Notes under the pieces: generated by a model
The model's input: only the letters and a program-made list of their open reading frames with translations
Told to the model about the DNA's origin: nothing
Database searches by the model: none
Made by a program: the position numbers and the translations under genes
Part shown: positions 41,902 to 53,439 of the stretch, one piece after another
Numbering within the stretch: the first letter of the stretch is position 1
Layout: each line of letters opens with the position of its first letter
Source: Candidatus Poribacteria bacterium
GTDB lineage: Bacteria; Poribacteria; WGA-4E; PCPOR2b
Length of the DNA: 64,000 nucleotides
Assembly: GCA_965218095.1 (NCBI GenBank)
Contig: OZ244587.1
Location: 4,288,001-4,352,000, forward strand
Reading direction: 5' to 3'

Positions 41902-43026
41902 ATGATTATTGACTCCCACGTATATTGCTTTGAACCGGCGGACAGCCCACGCGGCTATGTGAGCAGCGAGGAACACCTCAAGTGGGTCCAGGCGGCGCAT
42001 GCGGTGCACCATCAACCGGCGTTCCGGATTCGAGACCGGGCCTCTGGCCCATCAGACGTCCTTGCTCCAGAAGGACGTCGCGATTTAGCCAAACTTCCTG
42101 ATGTGAAGTTTCGTATCAATCACCCACGCGGCAGAGTGGTCTGGAATTACGAAGGCGAGGAATACACGAAACATTTCTATCCACCGAATTTGCGAAATTG
42201 CGAATTCACGCCTTTCAGTTTGGATTGTGAGATGGATTATGCGGGCGTGGATATGGCGCTGCTCCACACAAACCCGATGTTGGGTCGAGACAGCGCATAC
42301 CAGGCGGAATGCGTGGATCGGTTTCCAGACCGCTTTCGCTCAATGACGCATGTGGATGAATGGCGTATCCGTGATGAAATGGACGCCGTCATTGACGAGA
42401 TCAACACCGCCATCACCGTCCACGGGTTACACGCAATCAAGTTCAATCCGCTGACTTATATGGTAAGCCCCGACCCTTGGGACGATGGCGCCTACCGCCC
42501 ATTTTGGGAGGCAGCGACAGCCCTCAACGTCCCGATATTCTTCACGCTCGGTACGGGGCCGGAGGCGGAGCACCGGACGCTTTCTGATGCTGAACAGCGA
42601 GAAGGCTATCTTAATGAACTGCGCATCCTGATGCGATGGATGGGGCGCTACCCGGAGGCTGTGTGCAGCATTACCCACGGCTTTCCCTGGCGTGCATTTC
42701 TGGATGGGGAGGGAATCACGCTTCCGGATGCCATCTGGGAGCCATTCCAGAATCCCAACCTCAACCTGGAGGTGTGCTTCCCCGTCCGGCTGGGGGACAT
42801 TTTCGATTATCCCTACCGTGAGGTTTGGCCGACCCTTGAAGCAATGGTTGAGCGCGTCGGTGCAGACCACCTGCTTTGGGGAACGGACATGCCGTTCCAA
42901 AACCGTTTCTGCACGTACCGCCAGTCACGCAACTGGACCGAGAAATACTGTAGTTTCCTCAGCCAGGAAGATCTGGTGATGATCATGGGGGGGACTGTAG
43001 GGTGCATCCTCGGGCTTAACGGATGA
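41902..43026 (+). CDS. Amidohydrolase 2 family
   Basis: IIDSH, THG and LLWGTDMP. Confidence 0.85.
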   Translation: MIIDSHVYCFEPADSPRGYVSSEEHLKWVQAAHAVHHQPAFRIRDRASGPSDVLAPEGRRDLAKLPDVKFRINHPRGRVVWNYEGEEYTKHFYPPNLRNCEFTPFSLDCEMDYAGVDMALLHTNPMLGRDSAYQAECVDRFPDRFRSMTHVDEWRIRDEMDAVIDEINTAITVHGLHAIKFNPLTYMVSPDPWDDGAYRPFWEAATALNVPIFFTLGTGPEAEHRTLSDAEQREGYLNELRILMRWMGRYPEAVCSITHGFPWRAFLDGEGITLPDAIWEPFQNPNLNLEVCFPVRLGDIFDYPYREVWPTLEAMVERVGADHLLWGTDMPFQNRFCTYRQSRNWTEKYCSFLSQEDLVMIMGGTVGCILGLNG

Positions 43027-43115
43027 CGCAAAGTGGAGCAACCTGATATGGAGGTGGTCCGCTACGGAAGCTGGCTGAATATAGTTATGCGGATTTCCTC
43101 ACGAGGAAGTCTAAA

Positions 43116-44681
43116 ATGGAACCTGTCACTTCCTATCTGCTGAGATACCGATTTTTCCTCTTATCCCTGATTCTTTCCGTGTTTATGGTTTTTCATACCG
43201 TAAATGGGCAGTGGATCGGTGACTTTTGGGAGCACAGTGCAGTGGTTCGGGAGTTGGGGACTCACCCGTTTTCCCCGAAGCATCCGCAACTCCTACTCGA
43301 CGCGCCGCATGCCTTCTATTCCCCCTACACTTTGGCGGTGGGTTGCGTTTCAAGCGTTCTGCGGCTATCCCCCGTGGCGACGCTTTCTCTGTTTAGTATT
43401 TTCAACCTCCTGCTTTTCTTATTCTCCCTGAGACTTTTTGTTCTGTTACTATTGGATAGTGAAGCAACGGCGTTTTACACGCTGCTGTTCACACTGCTTC
43501 TGTGGGGCGGCGCCGTATGGGGGTATAGCGACCTTTTCCATTTGAAAGCCTGCGCCTATATCCGGCCTTATCCATCCAGGTTTGCAATCTCTCTCGCGTT
43601 AATAGGACTTTCGATGTATGTTTTACACGCCAGAAGTGGAAACCGATTGTGGCTCATTCCCGTTGTCGTGGTTAATGTCGTTGTGATGCTAACGCACCCG
43701 CTCACTTTCAATCTAATGGTTGTAGGAGTTGTTTCGTTATCTCTCGGACTACGCCGCCTCCCCTCAGTTGATTATGGGTTACTCGCAGGTGTTTTCATTC
43801 TTTCCTTATTGGTTGCTGCCGCCTGGCCATATTTCCCGTTTGTTAAGCTTGTTTTGTCCGATTCGGAAGTATACCACCTGAGTAATCGCGGGATATATAG
43901 TCACGTCATTAAGAGTATATACCCCGCTTTTATCGGCATTCCGCTATTGATGCTCCAGATCAGATCGAATTGGCGGGCCCCCTTAGGATTTATGTTTTTA
44001 GGGCTGTGTCTGATCTATACCTATGGGGCTGTGTTCGAGAAATGGAGTTACGGTCACGTCATGACACACATCGTCCTGGTATTGCACATAGCTATTGCAG
44101 ACGCTGTGTCCCGAATCGAATCGAAGTTAGTATTTCGTCAGATTCCCGCCTCAGTCATCCGATTTGCCTATTGTTGTCTGATCCTCATAATCACAGTCGC
44201 TTTCTCATTCAAGCTCATCATTCAACCTGCTATTTTGAAGCCTGAAATTCGGTCTGAATTACGACCGGCTGTTACCTTTGCTCTACCAGGCTGCCCAAAT
44301 ACTTATGATCAGTATCTATTTCTTTCGCAATATACCCGGCAATATGATGTTGTGTTATCAGATAAAAATACTAGTTGGGTCGTACCAAGTTTCGGAGGGA
44401 AGGTCGTTGCGGCTCTACATCCTTTAGCTTTCGTTCCCGATCATGACATAAGAATGAAGGATTTGGAACGTTTCTTTCGTGAGACAACTCCTCATCGTGA
44501 TCGATTAGAGATTATTCGGAAGTATCAAGCCAAGTTCCTGCTACTCAATAAGGCGCTTGTTCCGATGTGGGAAACGATGATGCATGCGTTTCAACCTTCA
44601 GGTCGTGTTGTATTTCATAATGACCAATTCGTACTGATTTCTCTGGATGCCTTGAATGAAAGCCCTCGATATTCTGAGTAA
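43116..44681 (+). CDS. Polytopic membrane protein, possible GT-C glycosyltransferase
   Basis: About 11-12 TMs; GDFWEH in the first loop; soluble C-terminal domain. Confidence 0.55.
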   Translation: MEPVTSYLLRYRFFLLSLILSVFMVFHTVNGQWIGDFWEHSAVVRELGTHPFSPKHPQLLLDAPHAFYSPYTLAVGCVSSVLRLSPVATLSLFSIFNLLLFLFSLRLFVLLLLDSEATAFYTLLFTLLLWGGAVWGYSDLFHLKACAYIRPYPSRFAISLALIGLSMYVLHARSGNRLWLIPVVVVNVVVMLTHPLTFNLMVVGVVSLSLGLRRLPSVDYGLLAGVFILSLLVAAAWPYFPFVKLVLSDSEVYHLSNRGIYSHVIKSIYPAFIGIPLLMLQIRSNWRAPLGFMFLGLCLIYTYGAVFEKWSYGHVMTHIVLVLHIAIADAVSRIESKLVFRQIPASVIRFAYCCLILIITVAFSFKLIIQPAILKPEIRSELRPAVTFALPGCPNTYDQYLFLSQYTRQYDVVLSDKNTSWVVPSFGGKVVAALHPLAFVPDHDIRMKDLERFFRETTPHRDRLEIIRKYQAKFLLLNKALVPMWETMMHAFQPSGRVVFHNDQFVLISLDALNESPRYSE

Positions 44682-44784
44682 ATAGTTCGTCTCAGGCCAT
44701 GCTTTGTCGTGCCTCGTGATTCGTCGCAGTTGAATGGACAGTTTATCAGCAGTCTAATTCACCATAATACCGTCTACTTCTCAG

Positions 44785-46959
44785 TTGAGCCCCGATAGAT
44801 CGGGCGCCCGAGTTGAGTCCGCCAATTCAGACTTATTACGTTTTATGCTTTACGTTTTACGCATCACGCATCACGCATCACACAGTTCGTTTTACCCAAT
44901 CTTCGTCTCTCTCTTAATTCTCTTGTCGGTTTGGCGTTGCGACCAGATTCATGCCGAAGAGACGCCAGAGCCAATACAACTCGAAGAGATCACCGTGACG
45001 CCGGGAAAGTTCACCATTCAAGGTGGAACGGGAGCAAGGCTGTCACTGTCGAAGAAGGAGATTAATCTGTTTCCCCTGATCGATAATGATGTCGCCCGCG
45101 CCGCACAGATCTTCCCCGGCGTAACCTCCAACGATTTCAGTGCTAGGTTCAATCTGCGGGGCGGCGAGAAGGACGAAATCCTTGTACGATTGGACGGGAT
45201 GGAGTTATTTGAGCCATATCACCTGCAAGACTTCGGTGGAGCGATTTCCATCATCGATCTGGGGCTGGTACGCCGCGTGGATCTGCTGATGGGCGGTTTC
45301 CCCGCAACGTATGGCGATAAAATGTCGGGGGTGTTCGACATTACCACGAAAGCGGGGAGTCGGGAGGGATTCTCCGTGAATCTGGGCATAGATTTGATCA
45401 ACGCACATGCGCTGCTAGAAGGGCCCCTATTGGACAAAGGCTCATGGCTCGTCTCAGCGCGACGCGGCTATGTAGATCTCATCCTCGCATTGATAGATGC
45501 AGACGAAGACATCAAGCCGCAGTATGCAGATCTCTACGGCAAGATTACCTATGATCTGACCGAGAAAGATCAACTCACCCTCAACACACTTTACGCTTGG
45601 GATGACAACTTCATCAATGAGGATGATGACGAAGACGATCTCGATTCGACCTATCAGAACGCGATGATCTGGACGAAGTGGCGTCATTTCTACAGCGAGG
45701 CGATCTGGTCGGATCTGTTCATCTTCAACGGCTTGGCGACCCGAGAGCGCCGGGAAGGGATTGATGGGGTCGATACACGGAATTTTGGTTTCCTCGGCGC
45801 AAAAGGGGAGTTGACCGCGCGCTTGCTAAACGCGCACACGATTCGTGGCGGATTGGAATGGCGTTGGTCCGTGGCGGAGTACGATTATTCTGTTCCCAGA
45901 CATCAGCAGGTCACGACACAGTTTATCTTGAACCGTTGTGAACTTTGCGACTTTACGCATAGAATTTCGGCAGAAGTTGATGATCGAGGCTGGGAGGTCA
46001 AGGGATACCTGCAAGATGAATGGCAACTTCATCCCAGGCTGGCAATCAACATCGGCGGACGCTATCTGTTCCAGGATTATCGCCGTAGCGAAGTCCAGAA
46101 GTACGAGTTTGGCCCACGGGTCGCACTAGCTGTGAAGCCAATCGAAAACCTCGTGCTGCGTGGCGTGTGGGGGCTTTACCATCAGCCAATCGATCTGATG
46201 ACGATTGCTGTCGAAGACGGCACTGACGACGTTGGTAGGGCAGCGAAGGCAGCGCACTACGTTGTCGGTGCAGAGTATGCTTCTGATGGGAACTTTATGA
46301 TCCGCGCCGAAGGGTATTACAAAAAGCTGGAGAACCTCACAGGTCAGATTCAGGATTTCGGCAGGGGGGCGCAGATTATAGCACCCGCGGATTCGGGAGA
46401 TGTGAAAGGTTTCGATCTTTTCATGAGTAGTGCGCTATCAGATCGGTTGACGGGGAGCGTGGGTTATGCCTTCTCAATCACAAAAGCAAGAGAGGATAAT
46501 CCGCGGTTTAATCCGCCGTTGTTCGGCAAGGAATTTTATCGTGATTTTGATCAACGCCACACAACTGCCCTCAACGGCAGTTATCGGATCTCGCCGAGTT
46601 TGCATTTGCACGTCGTCTGGCGTTTTCACACCGGCAACCCCACAACGCATCTGGAGCATACCCTTATTCAGGCTTCCGATGGCAACTTGGTCTGTAAACG
46701 GGGATTTGGCGAGTACAACGCCGAACGCTTGCCAGCATATCATAGTCTCGACCTGCGACTCACGAAAACGAGCGAGTACAAAAGCTGGACACTCAACTGG
46801 TACGTTCAGATACTAAACCTTTACAACCGATCCAACGTTCATGAACGTGCATTCGACATCGTCCGTGATGAGGATACCAATGCCCTAATCAACTGTGAAG
46901 TGAGTAATGAGCCGCTTTTTCCGATTCTCCCAACGTTGGGTGTGAGTGCGACATTTTAG
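44785..46959 (+). CDS. TonB-dependent receptor (start uncertain)
   Basis: LEEITVT TonB box; plug NLRGG...LDG and GGFPATYG; RLPAYHSLDLR; NLYNR; terminal Phe. Confidence 0.92.
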   Translation: MSPDRSGARVESANSDLLRFMLYVLRITHHASHSSFYPIFVSLLILLSVWRCDQIHAEETPEPIQLEEITVTPGKFTIQGGTGARLSLSKKEINLFPLIDNDVARAAQIFPGVTSNDFSARFNLRGGEKDEILVRLDGMELFEPYHLQDFGGAISIIDLGLVRRVDLLMGGFPATYGDKMSGVFDITTKAGSREGFSVNLGIDLINAHALLEGPLLDKGSWLVSARRGYVDLILALIDADEDIKPQYADLYGKITYDLTEKDQLTLNTLYAWDDNFINEDDDEDDLDSTYQNAMIWTKWRHFYSEAIWSDLFIFNGLATRERREGIDGVDTRNFGFLGAKGELTARLLNAHTIRGGLEWRWSVAEYDYSVPRHQQVTTQFILNRCELCDFTHRISAEVDDRGWEVKGYLQDEWQLHPRLAINIGGRYLFQDYRRSEVQKYEFGPRVALAVKPIENLVLRGVWGLYHQPIDLMTIAVEDGTDDVGRAAKAAHYVVGAEYASDGNFMIRAEGYYKKLENLTGQIQDFGRGAQIIAPADSGDVKGFDLFMSSALSDRLTGSVGYAFSITKAREDNPRFNPPLFGKEFYRDFDQRHTTALNGSYRISPSLHLHVVWRFHTGNPTTHLEHTLIQASDGNLVCKRGFGEYNAERLPAYHSLDLRLTKTSEYKSWTLNWYVQILNLYNRSNVHERAFDIVRDEDTNALINCEVSNEPLFPILPTLGVSATF

Positions 46960-46995
46960 CGGCAGCCGAACATGATGATTCATGCGTATAATCCC

Positions 46996-47025
46996 TTGAC
47001 ATTCCCCAATTACTTTGATTATAAT
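46996..47025 (+). promoter_or_regulatory. sigma70 promoter
   Basis: TTGACA-18-TATAAT. Confidence 0.7.
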
Positions 47026-47137
47026 TGAAGCGTTACTCCGGGTAATGTCAGTTACTTGTATCAACCATTTTATGACAACTTGCTATCATCATTTGGACTT
47101 ATTATCTCTTTCATCATGATATTCAAGGAGAAAGCCG

Positions 47138-47581
47138 ATGCTGAACGGTATCAAAAAAGCGCTGCAAGATCTTTTCGATAAAAACCCGAAATATTCGACC
47201 AAAAGAGATTTGCCCAGAGCTGTACCGAGCGCCGAAGAGGCAATTCTCCCTTTCAACCCTGCCGAATATGCAATCCAACCTCACAGTCTCAAGCGTTTGA
47301 TGGATGAAGGGAATGATCTTATTTTATTAGATGTGCGCGAAGAGAGGGAGTATCAGACTGTCCATCTCGATGGTGCGAAGTGGATTCCCCTGAGAGAGCT
47401 GCCGCAGCGGGCATTGGCACTGAACCCTTACGCCGAAATCATTGTTTACTGCCATAAAGGAATGCGCAGCTTAGATGCGGCTTATCTTCTGCAACAGCTT
47501 GGATTCAAGCGGGTCAAAAGCCTGGTTGGCGGAATCGATCGATGGGCGAGAGAAATTGACACCGGCCTCCAGCGATATTAA
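47138..47581 (+). CDS. Rhodanese-like sulfurtransferase
   Basis: LLDVRE, YCHKGMRS and GGIDRW. Confidence 0.92.
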   Translation: MLNGIKKALQDLFDKNPKYSTKRDLPRAVPSAEEAILPFNPAEYAIQPHSLKRLMDEGNDLILLDVREEREYQTVHLDGAKWIPLRELPQRALALNPYAEIIVYCHKGMRSLDAAYLLQQLGFKRVKSLVGGIDRWAREIDTGLQRY

Positions 47582-47851
47582 TCCTTCCGATTACCCTGAT
47601 TGACTGACAAAAGTCGCTTCCGTATAGATGCAAACAGGAGGGATGTAACTTTCCAAAAACTGGAAAATATGATAACCTTCATAGAAAGTGGGAGGGCTCA
47701 AAATCCGGTCGGCGATTTTTTGGTGTTTGGAAAGTGTCAACCGAACTCAGCCCGAAAATGAACCACTCCAATTCTTCTTCGTTTTACCACCTAAACGGTT
47801 ACGGAAAATCCTTCCGAAGACAGGTGACCACAGGATGCGGCTCAAAATCCT

Positions 47852-49657
47852 ATGACGGTTTTCGTAGTACGGTTTGACCGAAGTTTAGAGGAAATGCCAA
47901 TGAATGTTACTGGAAAAGCTGAGATGATCGTCGAATTTTATACCACCCTCAACGGCGTCTATGCGGTTGAGGAAACGGCTCATGTTGTCATCGCTGTGCG
48001 AGATGGTCGTGCCCATTATCCCGTTGAGGGTGGTCGGGTGAACCTGGAAATCAACACGGCCACCGGTGAAATTCATAAGCGCGAGGGCCCCACCGATATG
48101 GATGGCAGGGCGTGGTTCGAGTTCGACTTTGACCGAGGCACGAATGGGCTCGGGGTTTACCAGGCCAAAGTGGCCGTTTCTAAAGACGGCTACGTTGACG
48201 AGACGACCGCGGGGAAATTAGAGATGCGGAGCAACCCCAAAGCGCCGGATGTGGAAAAATATCTGTTCTTAGATGACTTCATTGTCGAGAACCACGAAAG
48301 TGTGTTCTTTTGCGTAAACAGACCATCTAAGTTTGAGGGCAATCCTATACTCAAACCCGACAATCCTTGGGAAACAAAAGACGTGAGTATGCCCTCCGTC
48401 ATCTTCGACGAAGACGAGGGGATCTTCAAGATGTGGTATCGCACCGTTGTGTCATACAATTAGCCGCCGTGGGAAAAATACATCTGCTGCTACGCCACCT
48501 CGAAAAACGGGATTCATTGGGAGAAACCCACCCTCGGACTGGCTGACTTTGATGGTTCGAAGGAGAACAACATTGTCCCCGATGGCCCCTCGGCGGTTTT
48601 CAAGGACCCGGACGAGCCTCGGGCGGAGAGGCGCTACAAGGGAAGCCGCTTTGTGTAGGGGTTAGGCCCATGCATTCACTTCTCGCCCGATGGCCTGAGG
48701 TGGGAAGAATATCCCTGGAACCCAATTCCGCTTGAGACCGGGGATGATTTCCGCATCATTCGCCACTGGGGCAAATACATCGCTTGGACGAAGAGTTCAT
48801 CTGACAACGTAACAACTGTTCAGGGTATGCAAGCGGGGAAACGCGCCATGTCCGTGAGCGAGAGTCGAGACCTGATTCATTGGGCAGCGCCGGTACAAAT
48901 CCTTCGAGCTGATGAGGCCGATCCACCCGGAACGCAGCCCTACTCCATGACTGCCCATTGGTACGGCAGCCATTATGTGGGTCTGGTCAGCATAATAAGG
49001 GATCCGGGCGCCGAGACCGAAGACATTAGACTTGCCACAAGTCGCGATGGGGTTAACTGGAAATGGGTGGGAGATCGGTCGGCTTTCCTGCCCCTGGGGC
49101 AGAAAGGAGATTGGGACCGCGGGATGCTGTTCCCGAACCCGAGCGTTCCTTTTATCATTCGGGGAAACGAAATGTTGATTTATTACTGTGCCTACAGCAA
49201 CAGCCACGGCATGAAAGTCATGTTCAATGACGGGCGCACCGGATGGCTCGGTTCGGCGCGCAACTCCGCAATCGGACTGGCAAAGTTGCGCCTCGACGGA
49301 TTTGTCTCCGTCGAGGCGGGTGATTCTCCCGGAACGCTGACCACGAAGTCGTTTTTCTTACACGGGAACGAGGTCTTTATCAATGCGGCGTGCAAAGGTG
49401 AGATCAGAGTCGGGCTCCTCGACCCAGAAGCCCGGGCGGTGGAAGGTTTCTTGGTAGATGATTGTGAACCGATAACTTGCGACCAGGTGGAACATCCTGT
49501 CAGGTGGAAAGCGGGCGCTGATTTGAGCCGGTTAATGGGCCGCCGCGTGAAAGTGATGTTCAAACTGAAAGACGCGAAGCTCTATTCTTTCAGCACCAGG
49601 TGTTCACAAAGAGCGCGAAAGATTGTGGGCGAGTTGGCGAGTAGCTACCAGAACTAA
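47852..49657 (+). pseudogene. Five-bladed beta-propeller glycoside hydrolase-like protein with two in-frame TAG codons
   Basis: NPILKPDNPWE, FKMWY, YATSKNGIHWEKP and LRLDGF; TAG at 48461 and 48656 in one frame. Confidence 0.75.
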
Positions 49658-49715
49658 CTTGACAATGTTAAATTACCGCTTTAGTAGATAACACTTAGGA
49701 GAAGTCATAACCAAA

Positions 49716-50591
49716 ATGTCCAGATTCGTCACAGTTGCTGCTCTTTCGATTCCACGCATCAAGTGGGATAAGGAAGCCGCATACCGAAAAGCCGAGGAAA
49801 TGATACGCGAGGCTGCGGAGCGCGGCGCCCATATCATTTGTACGACCGAGTGCTTCCTTGATGGCTACGTCATTCTGGATGAAGGTTTAACCCTGGGGCG
49901 TTACCGAACTGCGGCTGAACCGATACCCAACGGTGAATACGCACGCCGCCTCCTTAATCTCGCCCGTGAGTTGAAAATATACCTCGTTGCCGGCCTCGCG
50001 GAGGTAATAGCAGACAAGATCTATAATTCGGCCGTGCTGATAAGTCCGGCAGGAGAGGTGATCGGCAAGCACCACAAGGTGCGCTCCGTCGGTTCATCAC
50101 AAGCGGAAACTCTGAACACTCCAGGGGACCATTTCTCGGTGTTCGAGACGCCTTTGGGAAAGGTCGGCATGATGATCTGCGCAGATCGCAAGATGTTGGA
50201 GCTTCACCGCCTGCTGGCGCTGCAAGGGACCGAACTGGCCCTTATTCCGTCTGCAGGAGGGTTCGGCGAAGTGAATGAAATGATCCTTCGGATGAATGCG
50301 AGAGAGAATCTGATGTTTGTGGTGCATTCCAATGTGTGGAGCTGTGTGATGATCGATCCCCGTGGTCAGGTGATAGCCCGATCGGAAGAAATAGGCAGGG
50401 TCACGCTACAGGAGATAAACCTGGACGAAGTGCCCAAAGGCCGTTTCGACAAGCTGCGCGAAACGCTGTTTCCCATTTGCCGTGCCTTGATGGAGGAGTT
50501 AGAGAATAGCCAACTAGGTTCTGTTGACATTTCAAGGGAGCCATATAAGAGTGGAGACAAAGCTGAGAAATCCAAAATAACGGACAGCTAG
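49716..50591 (+). CDS. Carbon-nitrogen hydrolase (nitrilase superfamily); last codons replaced by IS sequence
   Basis: E-K-C triad (TTEC, HHK, MICAD). Confidence 0.88.
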   Translation: MSRFVTVAALSIPRIKWDKEAAYRKAEEMIREAAERGAHIICTTECFLDGYVILDEGLTLGRYRTAAEPIPNGEYARRLLNLARELKIYLVAGLAEVIADKIYNSAVLISPAGEVIGKHHKVRSVGSSQAETLNTPGDHFSVFETPLGKVGMMICADRKMLELHRLLALQGTELALIPSAGGFGEVNEMILRMNARENLMFVVHSNVWSCVMIDPRGQVIARSEEIGRVTLQEINLDEVPKGRFDKLRETLFPICRALMEELENSQLGSVDISREPYKSGDKAEKSKITDS

Positions 50592-51336
50592 TTTCTCAAA
50601 CCGAGAGAAGATACGACGATACCATTTTATCTTGTTGATGAAACATTCAACCCGATGTCTCTCTTTGTATAAGCGTTTGTCATACGTTCTTTGGTCAACA
50701 CGATGACTTTTGGGCGGTATCACCGCAATCGCTCCCTTCGCCTCAATAACGGCGATAAAAGCGTCTGAATCGTACCCCTTGTCTCCAATCACATATTCAC
50801 TGTTATATCCGATTATCAACCCTTCCGCCTCAGTTATGTCATGTCTCTGACCGGGGGTCAGATGAATTCTTAGGGGATTGCCTAGTCCGTCAACGGTGAT
50901 GTGAATTTTTGTGCTGAAACCGCCCCGAGAGCGACCTAATGCTTGGTTTTCAGTGCCACCCTTTTTTTTAAGGCGCCCGCCGCAGACGGGTGAGCGCGGC
51001 AGATGGTACTGTCCACAATAAGCGACTCGATATCGGGGTCGGCGGCGAAGTGGTGGTGCATCTGTGTGAAGGCCCCTTTGTCGCACCACCGTGCAAACCG
51101 CTTATAGAGGGTGTTCGATTTACCATAGGTGTCTGGCAGAATCCGCCATTGAGCCCCGCTACGGGTCGCCCAGAGAACAGTTTCGATAAAGCGGCGTGTT
51201 GTCGCTTCGTTGCTAACATAGATGGTGGGACAAGTTAGAAGAAACGAGTATATCTTTTTCCATTGGTCATCGGGTAAGGTTATTGGCATCATTCTTCTAT
51301 TATGCCACAACCTTATACTCAAATGTCAACAGAACC
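50517..51336 (-). mobile_element. IS5-family copy 5, apparently intact
   Basis: Both TIRs, TA duplication, orfA/orfB joined by -1 at A AAA AAG. Confidence 0.95.
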
Positions 51337-51406
51337 TAGCAACTTGCGTTAGTATATAGTACCTCGACCAACCTAATTTTGACGGGTCGGAGGTGAGAGA
51401 ATCAAC

Positions 51407-52531
51407 CTAACCCTCCTCATCTCGCCATTGCTGCAAGGGATGGGTTCGATCTTTGAGTGGAAATGGGACACGCCCGCCGCGTCGATGAGATTCCCACGAG
51501 CCGTGAATCATCTCCAGCGACGCTCGTCCCTCCCGACCGGACGAAATCGGATCGGCGTCCGGGGAATTTGGTTCGAGCAACGAGCGGATGATGCGAGACT
51601 GAAGCACGCGATTGATGGCTCGGGTTTCCAGATGCTGACCGGTTATCTGATCTTCTTCAGGTAGCGAAACCGGCTTCCACTGATGCCCCTCCACAGGAGT
51701 CATAAATTCTCCGTGGTGAATAAACATCACGGTGGCTACACTTCGACGCAAGGCAATTCGTCCGTTTGTGCCGATGAGGTCTAAGCCGTAAGCCTTATCA
51801 TTTGCAACCAATTCTGCTAAAAAGTCGCAATCGGCGTGGAGCCCGTTGACAAATTCAAACGAACAGAATGCCCGTTCACCGATGACAAGCCCTGCATCGC
51901 GGTCACGGGGGTTGACCTCCTGACTATGTTTGATGTCCTGAACGGCAGCTTCACGGCCCGCCGCAGTGATATGCGCAGCAGCCCAACCCACATCTCCCCC
52001 CAAGTTGTGAACCCAATCAAAAAGGTGCGTCCCCATCTCCATCATCGCGTTGCCTGATTTGCGCCCACCTTTTTCGTAAGCACGTATCAAGAAGACCTCA
52101 CCGATTTCCCCGTGGGCAATCAACCCTTTCACATAAGCGTTGTATGCGCTGGCACGTTTCTGATGATTAATGGACAATCGCACGCCGGCTTCGTCGCACA
52201 CCGCAACCATCTCATCCGCTTCCTGAAGCGTCATGGCCATTGGTTTTTCGCAGAACACATGGCATCCGTGTGCTGCTGCGGCAAGCGTTGTCGCATGGTG
52301 TTGCGGTGCCTGCGTTGAAATCACGACGAGGTCTAGCTTCTCCCGCTCAAACATCTCATGATAATCTGTATAGAGGGCTGGCACGCCATACGTCCCCTGG
52401 AACGCTTGCAGGGCTTCCTCACGAATATCGCACAAAGCGACCAGATTTACAAGGTCATCCTTGACAAGCGTATTGGCGTGGTCTTTTCCCTTTCCACCGC
52501 ACCCGATCAGCGCGGCTCGATATTTTGCCAT
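51407..52531 (-). CDS. Gfo/Idh/MocA oxidoreductase
   Basis: IGCGGKG, FCEKPM and GTHLFD. Confidence 0.9.
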   Translation of the reverse strand: MAKYRAALIGCGGKGKDHANTLVKDDLVNLVALCDIREEALQAFQGTYGVPALYTDYHEMFEREKLDLVVISTQAPQHHATTLAAAAHGCHVFCEKPMAMTLQEADEMVAVCDEAGVRLSINHQKRASAYNAYVKGLIAHGEIGEVFLIRAYEKGGRKSGNAMMEMGTHLFDWVHNLGGDVGWAAAHITAAGREAAVQDIKHSQEVNPRDRDAGLVIGERAFCSFEFVNGLHADCDFLAELVANDKAYGLDLIGTNGRIALRRSVATVMFIHHGEFMTPVEGHQWKPVSLPEEDQITGQHLETRAINRVLQSRIIRSLLEPNSPDADPISSGREGRASLEMIHGSWESHRRGGRVPFPLKDRTHPLQQWRDEEG

Positions 52532-52547
52532 TGATTTCTCCTCCTTT

Positions 52548-53058
52548 TTAGGTGCTTTCAGTATCTAAATCTATTTGCCCCTCACCACGCTCATAATAAT
52601 GGTGAACATCACGTTGTGGGAAAGGAATGGTGATGTTGTGTTCACGGAACTTCCGATCTCGCAACACCAATCGTAAGTATTTAGATAGGGGGGACCGCCC
52701 CGATCACCACTGCCAAAAACCAAAGAAGTTTGGTGAGGCTCAATTCGGTCTGTCCAACTGGAATTGAGTAGTTCAGGACGCGCTCCAACAGCGTGAGGTC
52801 AATGCCGAGGACCGTGAGCCCAAAAACCAGCCCAAAGGCAAGCACAATGAGGAAGACAAGCCAGAGAATACGCTCTTGGGCATGCTCATCTATTTCTAAT
52901 CGTGCGATGAACGGACGCAAGAGCCGGCGCAAAAACCGGGTAGCTATCAGAAATAAGATAAAAATGAGTAGAAATTGAATGACGTTAAGCAGGTTGATTG
53001 TTGTTCCTGCTAACGGTTCTCTAAATAGCCGATCGAACCATAGAATCAAATCATCCAT
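52548..53058 (-). pseudogene. MscS mechanosensitive channel remnant, internally deleted
   Basis: N-terminal TMs joined out of frame to the C-terminal ITIPFPQRDVH. Confidence 0.75.
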
Positions 53059-53439
53059 TCCTCTCCTCCTACACTTGTTAGGACTTACGCACTTTGGATT
53101 TTGGAGACTGAAAGCGGACAGCTCGGTACGGGTATTATACCAAAGTGGGCGAGCAGGCGAGCAGGCGAGTGGGGGAGCGAGGGGATATGCGGGAATCCCG
53201 TTCTCCCGCTTTCTCGTTTTTTTGTCCTCTCATCCTGCCGTTCGATGAGCCTGTCGAATCATCAGTTTCAAAGCGTAAGTCCTGCTTGTCTTTTCACAGT
53301 ATGATCTGCTTGAGCGGTTTCGCACTCAGTCAAGAGCGTTTTGGCCTCTTCAAAAACGACGTCGCCTGCCATCACAACCGAGCGAGCGGCATGAGCCACT
53401 GGTTTTAGCCGCCATTCCGGCTTTGTGTGAGACCTGCCT

